Below are positions 28,295 to 34,430 of a stretch of 34,430 bases of DNA, in pieces. Position 1 is the first letter of the stretch; every line of letters begins with the position of its first letter. The translations under genes were made by a program, and so were the position numbers. The notes under the pieces are model-generated. The model worked only from the letters and a program-made list of their open reading frames with translations. It was not told the DNA's origin and did not search any database. The stretch is from an uncultured Ruminococcus sp. (GTDB lineage Bacteria; Bacillota; Clostridia; Oscillospirales; Ruminococcaceae), in the NCBI GenBank assembly GCA_947176685.1, contig CAMWRL010000001.1:1-34430 (forward strand). The letters are read 5' to 3'.

Positions 28295-28351
28295 AAAACG
28301 CTTGTGCAGGTTATACAAAAAATCAAAAAATATTTTGTTGCACTTGTACGG

Positions 28352-28380
28352 TTGAAAAAGTTTCTTGATAGTGGTATAAT
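28352..28380 (+). promoter_or_regulatory. Sigma-A promoter of the giant surface protein gene
   Basis: TTGAAA-17 bp-TGg-TATAAT. Confidence 0.75.
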
Positions 28381-28528
28381 GTATTTATAGCAAAAACCGG
28401 ATAGTCTTCATGTACATATGAGGTATTCCGGTTTGCTGGTATATAGGAAAGGAAGGTCAGATATGTGATAATTTTTTTGACTGGCAGATTTTTAATTTAA
28501 TATTTTTTATGAAAGGAGAATGTTTTAT

Positions 28529-31500
28529 ATGAACAAACTTGCGAAAAGGTCTATAAGCTTTGTTACGGCACTGCTTATGTCCGTTATGAGCATGGTTACT
28601 GGTGTTTCACCGTCGTTTGCAGAAAAGAATATTTCTAACAATGTTCCGGAAAATTCTAAATACCGTGTAGACACTACAGACGTTATTTTGCTTGCAGGTA
28701 AAAATGGTCTATTGGGCGATGATGTAGAAAGTACTATCAAGAACTACGAAAAAGAGTATGTACTTGGTATGGCTTCACAGTTCTGTGTTTTCCTTGCAGG
28801 CGACTTTAAACCGTGGGAATCAGACGCTGAAGGACGTGTTGCAGTAGGCGGAAACCTTGAGTTTCAGGGTGGCTGGGACTATGAAGTCGGTAACGGCGAC
28901 TATGCAAGCGAGAACGCTCTTGATTATCTTTTATCTAATGAAGGGTATGCAAATGCAATTGTAAACGGCGACACTTTATCACGCATACAGCCAAGAACAA
29001 ATGCTCAATATTATAATGGCACAGAAAAGATTAATATTATTAAGAAATTCTGGGTTGATGATAATACTGAAGTTTCTTATATGTGGTGGCTTTGGGGCTG
29101 GAACAATACTCCTGAAAATAAGGCAATAGCAGACAGTACTATCTTCAGGGGCGCAGATGCTTTCAATGTAGCAGACTATGTAAAAGCTCTTCAGGACAAG
29201 AGCAATACATTTGCTAAAAAGAAAAGCGATTTTGTGGTAACTTATGACACAGAAACAGATAAGAACGGCAATTTAATTGATGTCATGATATTTACCTACA
29301 CAGGCGACCCCGAAAAGCCGAAGGAAACTGTATACCTTACTCTTTCAGATGAAGAGGCTGAAAAGTTCCAGAATACAGAAAAAATTGTCTACAGGAATGT
29401 TCCTAAGCTTCCTGAGCGAAGAAAAGTAGTAGATACTATATATGACAATGAGAGTTTAGATGATAAAACGAACACAAAGACTGAAACTTACTGGGAGTAT
29501 GCTTATGTTGTAGTTAATATTCCGCAGGCAAGCAACAACGAAGATGGAAAACTCCACATCGGTCAGAATATTGAAGAAGATAAATATAATATATCGCAGG
29601 CATGGCTTGAATTTACTGATGAAAGAGAACCTATTGAAATAGGTATAGGCGGTGCTTTGTCAGGTAACAACAAACACAGCAATAAGCCTGGCGTTACATC
29701 AATTCTTTATAACATTCCCAATGCAACAGACGTTGTATTAAGTGGTATGTCATTCTACGGTACGATTTTTGCACCTAATGCAAAGATTACTGATGAAAAA
29801 TACGAGCATCGTGTTGTAGAGGCAAACGGTGAAATAAAAGTAAAAGGTCCTAACCCTCACCTTTCAGGTGCTCTGATTGCACAGAGTTTTGAAGGATATT
29901 CAGAATTTGGTTACAGACCGTTTACAGGTCCTGTCTCAATGCTCGGCACAACAGCAGGTTATGCACTCGCTTTATCAAAAGTAGAGCCAGTGTTCGATGA
30001 AAACGGTAATCCAAAGTTAGACGAAGATGGCAACAAAGTAACAAAGCCTCTCGCAGGTGCAACGTTTGAACTCGTTAATGAAAAAGGCGAAACAGTTTCA
30101 GAGGCTGAAACTGACGGCGATATCTACAACTTCATTACTATCCCTACTGCTATTAATTTTGACAGCGGTAAAAAGGAAGACGGCACGCCATATGAAGAAG
30201 GCGACCAAGTCAGAAGAATTTATTATTTACAGGAATCAGCACCACCGGCAGGATATATAAAATCAGATAAAAAAGTTAAGATTGAAATTGTCGGAACAAT
30301 TGAGAAAGTTATGGACGGCGAAGACGGTGCGAAAGTTCCGATAAAAGTAAATGTTGAAGTTTTACGTGATGGCGACTTAATAAGAAGCCTCACTTTTGGC
30401 GATGATTATGTTGAAGACGACACCACAGACGGTCAGACTATTTCTGAAAGAAAAATTGTAATCAAATCGCCTGTTAAAATGCCCGACGGCTCAGAGATTG
30501 ACAAAGACCATATAGCAGATACTACATTTACTCTTACATTCGACACGGACGGAAACGTTACAAACTTAAAAGAAGACCACAGCGAGATTTTTCCGACAAA
30601 GGAAAGCGTAGAGATTGATAATTTCTCTTTAAGTCAGACTTTTACAGGAACAGATGGCTTTACGTACTATTATGATATTGATAATCTCATGGTTACACGT
30701 CTTCCGTCTGAAGTACCGACATTCGTAAACACACTTAAGGAAATTAAGATTGTCAAGGTTGACAGCGGAGATGTTGACGCAGACGGCAATTATACTAATT
30801 TCCTTCCTGATGCAGAAATCAAAGTGTACAATGCAGAAACAGATGAAGAAGTTAAGTTAAAAAGCAACACTACAGATGAAAACGGTGTTATCAATCTTGG
30901 ACATCTTCCTGTAGGCGAATACTACCTCACGGAAACAAAAGCTCCTGCGGAATATGAAAAGCCAGTAAATGACAAAATATATTTTACAGTAAATGATAAC
31001 TACACTATTTCAAGAGAAGAATTTAATGAATTTGATATCAGCTATGTACTCAATTACGAAGACGGAGATTCTAAGGAGTATTCGCTCAGCATGAAGAAAG
31101 ACGACGTAATCAACGTACAAGGCATTGAGACAACTAAAACAAAGACAGAATATTTTGAACAGACAGATGTAACAAAAGATATGGAACAGTATTATGATGC
31201 TGACAATGATATTAACTACAATATAGATTGTTCAGGTAAGAAAATTACAAAGATTGTAATTGAGGCTACTAACCTTCCATATGGCACTGGTGGCATACAG
31301 TTTAAGCACAAGAATCCCGGCGGTTGGGACGATACAATGTTTGAAGTTAAAGAATTTGGTGAGGGTGAAACTACATTCACTCCTACAAACCTTTATTTTG
31401 CTGAAGACGGATATATGAAAGTATCTTTCTGGAATGCAGATATTACAAGCATTAAGTATTATTGTAACGGCTTAGAGTATGATGCTCCAGACCCTGCTAA

Positions 31501-34430
31501 AGTACTTAAAAGCGTTACTATTAAGTGTGACAATTATCTCGACGGCACAGTTTTTGACCTTGATAACGGAGTTGAACCGGAAGATATTCCAGACCATGTA
31601 AAACATACAGCTACAGTAGAAAACGGCGAGTGTGTTATTGAAGTAGGTCATGAACTCACAAGTTTCCCTGTACTTGGAATAGACCGTATCAAAGACGGCA
31701 GAACAGAATTGGAAATAGTCAATTCAAAATCACCGCTTGAAATCATATTGCCTAACGACAAAATACAAGAGGAAACAGAAGAACACTCTATAAAACTCAA
31801 TAAGGTTAATACAAAAGGCGATGAGATAGCAGGTGCTAAGCTTAAGCTTACAGCTTTAGGAGAAAACGGCATAATAGATGATACAGATAAAACATGGACA
31901 TGGACATCAAAGACAAGTTCGTGGTGGGAAATTGAAAACATTCAGGAAGGTACTTATTTACTTGAAGAAGTTTCAGCACCTGACGGCTATGACAAAGCAG
32001 AATCTATTAAATTTGAAGTTGATAAAGACGGAAATATTACTTCTGCAAAGGCAGTTAAAATTAATGCAGACGGAAGCACAACAGAACTGATAGTTGATGA
32101 CGAAAGGGAAAACGGCATAATCGATAAAGATAAGGGTGTAGCAACTCTTGCAATGACTGACGAAAGAGTTCTGAAAATAAGAAAGACAGATGCTGAAGGT
32201 GCATTGCTTGATGGAGCATCATTCAAACTTACAGCTGTAGAAATTGACAAAGACGGCAATGCAGTAGTTGAAGACGGCAAGCAAAAAGCTATTACATTTG
32301 ATGCAAGAAGAGTTAAACTGGTCAGCGAAGGATTAAAGTACAACAGTGACGAACCGACGAAAAGAACAGCAATCTTATGGAGTGGTAGTTCAGAAGTTGA
32401 AATAAGAAACCTCCCCAACGGTATTTATACACTTGAAGAAACATCAGCTCCTGACGGATACAGAAAGTCAGAAAAAATCACATTTACAATCAAACCGCAC
32501 ATGGTTGATGGTATAATCACAAACGGCATAGATGTTACAAGCAAAATAGACGGAGCAGTAACACCAATTAAAGAAGACGGCAATAATTATTATGCAGTAA
32601 CTGTTAAAAACCAGAACGCTGTACTTAACCTCAGCAAGAAAGAAATCGTTGGCAATACTAAAAAAGAACTTGGGGGAGCCGACCTTTCGCTTACTCGTAT
32701 AAATGCAGACGGAGAAGCAATTGTTTTTGATGAAGCAACTCAAAACAAGATTAAACTCTCCGAGGGTATGGATTATAATGATGATAAGACAGCAATCATT
32801 TGGACATCTGACGAAGAAGGCGCAAAGAAAATAACAAATATTCCGGACGGTACTTATGTACTTACGGAAGAAAAAGAACCGGGCGGATATAAAAAAGCAG
32901 CTCCTATTACTTTTGTAGTTGAAAACGGTGTTGTAACAAAAGCAACAGTACCAGCTACAGACGAAGACGGAAAAGAAACAACTGAAACCCTGTTCAGCAA
33001 AGACGTACCCAATGAAGATGGCATAAATGCAAATACCATTGTTATGCTTGATGAACGCACTCAGATTGATGTGACAATCAGCAAGCAGGGCGAAGACGGA
33101 AAAGGACTTCCAGAAGCTGAACTTACACTCACAGGTAAGGACAGCAAAGGCAATGACATAATATTTGACCTTGAAAACATCGATTTTGGCGATGGTGCAA
33201 AGATAGAAGAGTTTATTACACCATCAAACATTATATGGACTTCCGGCACTGAGGCAATAACAATCAAAAATATTCCGGACGGTACATACACACTTCACGA
33301 AGTATCAGCTCCGTACGGCTACAATGTAGCAGCAGATATTGTCTTTGAAGTCAAGGAAGGCAAGGTTACTATCGCCGACGAAGAAGTTAAAGACAAGAAC
33401 ATTGTTATGGTTGACACCTCCTCTGTAAAAATCAGCAAGCAGGCAGTTGGCGGTACTGAAGAACTTGCCGGAGCTACATTTACACTCACAAGCAAGGAAG
33501 AAAACTTCACATTCAACAAAGAAAGCCAGAATGTCGGCACAGGCTCCGATGAGACCAGACTTATATGGACTTCAGGCAACGAACCGACAGAAATCAAGAA
33601 TCTCGCTGACGGAACATACATACTCCACGAAGAAGCAGCTCCGGACGGCTACACTATAGCAGCAGATATTGAGTTCACAATCACGGGCGGCAAGGTTATT
33701 ATCAACAACGAAGAAGTTACAGACAATACTATTACAGTTACTGATAAGGCTGCTGAAATCAGTTTCAGCAAGAAAGCAGTCGGCGATACCACTGATACAG
33801 AACTTGCCAAAGCTGACCTTACACTTACCCGTGTAGATGCAAACGGAGAAGTAATTGCTTTTGAAAAGGCTGATGAATCTAAAATTCAACTCTCAGAGGG
33901 TATGAAATTTGATGATGATAAAAAATTAATCAGCTGGACATCTGGCGATAGTGCAAAGAAAATAACAAATATTCCTGACGGTAATTATGTACTTAAAGAA
34001 GCAGACGCTCCAGAGGGATATGAAGTAGCAGAGGATATTAAATTTACTGTTGAAAATGGTGTTATTACATCTATCAAAATTGATGAAACAGATGAGGAAA
34101 ACTACGCAGTTACCGACAATGCATTAGTATCAGGTACTGCAATAGGTGTAGTAATGCGTGATGCAACAACCACAACAACATCAGAAACGGTGACAGCTAC
34201 AGAAACAGTGACAGCTACAGAAACAGTGACAGCTACAGAAACAGCGACCGCTACAGAAACAGTAACAGCTACAGAAACAGTGACAGCTACAGAAACAGCG
34301 ACCGCTACAGAAACAGAAACAACAACAACGGGCTCTACAACAAGTGAAACAACAACAACTGGTTCTACAACAACAGGCTCTACAACAAGTGAAACAACAA
34401 CAACTGGTTCTACAACAACAGGCTCTACAA
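28529..34430 (+). CDS. Giant secreted adhesin-like protein, 3'-truncated: signal peptide, choice-of-anchor A-like head, about 8 SpaA/CnaB-type repeats, Thr-rich linker
   Basis: SD AAAGGAG; MNKLAKRSISFVTALLMSV...SFA signal peptide; SDAEGRVAVGGN and GTIFAPNA head motifs; eight K...L.GA...GxYxLxExxAPxGY units. The same frame reads sensibly wherever spot-checked up to the window end. Missing from the ORF track because there is no stop. Confidence 0.9.
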   Translation, partial: MNKLAKRSISFVTALLMSVMSMVTGVSPSFAEKNISNNVPENSKYRVDTTDVILLAGKNGLLGDDVESTIKNYEKEYVLGMASQFCVFLAGDFKPWESDAEGRVAVGGNLEFQGGWDYEVGNGDYASENALDYLLSNEGYANAIVNGDTLSRIQPRTNAQYYNGTEKINIIKKFWVDDNTEVSYMWWLWGWNNTPENKAIADSTIFRGADAFNVADYVKALQDKSNTFAKKKSDFVVTYDTETDKNGNLIDVMIFTYTGDPEKPKETVYLTLSDEEAEKFQNTEKIVYRNVPKLPERRKVVDTIYDNESLDDKTNTKTETYWEYAYVVVNIPQASNNEDGKLHIGQNIEEDKYNISQAWLEFTDEREPIEIGIGGALSGNNKHSNKPGVTSILYNIPNATDVVLSGMSFYGTIFAPNAKITDEKYEHRVVEANGEIKVKGPNPHLSGALIAQSFEGYSEFGYRPFTGPVSMLGTTAGYALALSKVEPVFDENGNPKLDEDGNKVTKPLAGATFELVNEKGETVSEAETDGDIYNFITIPTAINFDSGKKEDGTPYEEGDQVRRIYYLQESAPPAGYIKSDKKVKIEIVGTIEKVMDGEDGAKVPIKVNVEVLRDGDLIRSLTFGDDYVEDDTTDGQTISERKIVIKSPVKMPDGSEIDKDHIADTTFTLTFDTDGNVTNLKEDHSEIFPTKESVEIDNFSLSQTFTGTDGFTYYYDIDNLMVTRLPSEVPTFVNTLKEIKIVKVDSGDVDADGNYTNFLPDAEIKVYNAETDEEVKLKSNTTDENGVINLGHLPVGEYYLTETKAPAEYEKPVNDKIYFTVNDNYTISREEFNEFDISYVLNYEDGDSKEYSLSMKKDDVINVQGIETTKTKTEYFEQTDVTKDMEQYYDADNDINYNIDCSGKKITKIVIEATNLPYGTGGIQFKHKNPGGWDDTMFEVKEFGEGETTFTPTNLYFAEDGYMKVSFWNADITSIKYYCNGLEYDAPDPAKVLKSVTIKCDNYLDGTVFDLDNGVEPEDIPDHVKHTATVENGECVIEVGHELTSFPVLGIDRIKDGRTELEIVNSKSPLEIILPNDKIQEETEEHSIKLNKVNTKGDEIAGAKLKLTALGENGIIDDTDKTWTWTSKTSSWWEIENIQEGTYLLEEVSAPDGYDKAESIKFEVDKDGNITSAKAVKINADGSTTELIVDDERENGIIDKDKGVATLAMTDERVLKIRKTDAEGALLDGASFKLTAVEIDKDGNAVVEDGKQKAITFDARRVKLVSEGLKYNSDEPTKRTAILWSGSSEVEIRNLPNGIYTLEETSAPDGYRKSEKITFTIKPHMVDGIITNGIDVTSKIDGAVTPIKEDGNNYYAVTVKNQNAVLNLSKKEIVGNTKKELGGADLSLTRINADGEAIVFDEATQNKIKLSEGMDYNDDKTAIIWTSDEEGAKKITNIPDGTYVLTEEKEPGGYKKAAPITFVVENGVVTKATVPATDEDGKETTETLFSKDVPNEDGINANTIVMLDERTQIDVTISKQGEDGKGLPEAELTLTGKDSKGNDIIFDLENIDFGDGAKIEEFITPSNIIWTSGTEAITIKNIPDGTYTLHEVSAPYGYNVAADIVFEVKEGKVTIADEEVKDKNIVMVDTSSVKISKQAVGGTEELAGATFTLTSKEENFTFNKESQNVGTGSDETRLIWTSGNEPTEIKNLADGTYILHEEAAPDGYTIAADIEFTITGGKVIINNEEVTDNTITVTDKAAEISFSKKAVGDTTDTELAKADLTLTRVDANGEVIAFEKADESKIQLSEGMKFDDDKKLISWTSGDSAKKITNIPDGNYVLKEADAPEGYEVAEDIKFTVENGVITSIKIDETDEENYAVTDNALVSGTAIGVVMRDATTTTTSETVTATETVTATETVTATETATATETVTATETVTATETATATETETTTTGSTTSETTTTGSTTTGSTTSETTTTGSTTTGST
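34184..34309 (+). repeat. Coding tandem repeat, 7 x 18 bp (ETVTAT/ETATAT)
   Basis: Seven consecutive GAAACRGYRACMGCTACA units. Confidence 0.95.
34331..34430 (+). repeat. Coding tandem repeat, 45 bp x 2.2, cut by the window end (GSTTSETTTTGSTTT)
   Basis: 34331-34375 is identical to 34376-34420; a third copy begins at 34421. Confidence 0.93.

Noticed and set aside
28386-28500. c-di-GMP riboswitch ahead of the adhesin
   Set aside because: The GEMM tetraloop/receptor and GCAAA...GACGCAAA pattern are absent.
34184-34430. Tandem repeats as a CRISPR array
   Set aside because: No spacers, unit lengths are multiples of 3 inside a coding frame, and no cas genes are present.

Overview
This window looks like a contig end from a cellulolytic Ruminococcus-like (Oscillospiraceae) genome. 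The evidence is an R. flavefaciens-style dockerin and near-consensus sigma-A promoters. Bases 1-94 are an untrimmed Illumina Nextera adapter with a poly-C tail, not genome. In order, it then carries: a secreted GH5 endoglucanase with two probable CBMs and a dockerin; a CorA-family transporter behind a 10-codon leader ORF and switchable hairpins; a fused SecDF; a complete F1Fo ATP synthase operon; a GDP-mannose/GDP-D-rhamnose surface-glycan cluster; a GNAT plus three small accessory genes, one SUKH/Syd-like; tRNA-Thr(CGT); an OmpR-type two-component system with a divergent solute-binding lipoprotein; and a >1,960-codon secreted adhesin-like protein. That last ORF is absent from the ORF track because it runs off the window end. 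The ATP synthase operon has two oddities: delta is fused in frame to alpha, and an AT-rich half-size type I restriction specificity gene (hsdS) sits between atpG and atpD. The strongest candidates for new biology are the delta-alpha fusion, the orphan hsdS inside the atp operon, and the corA leader-peptide switch. All family calls come from motif recognition by eye; no searches were run.
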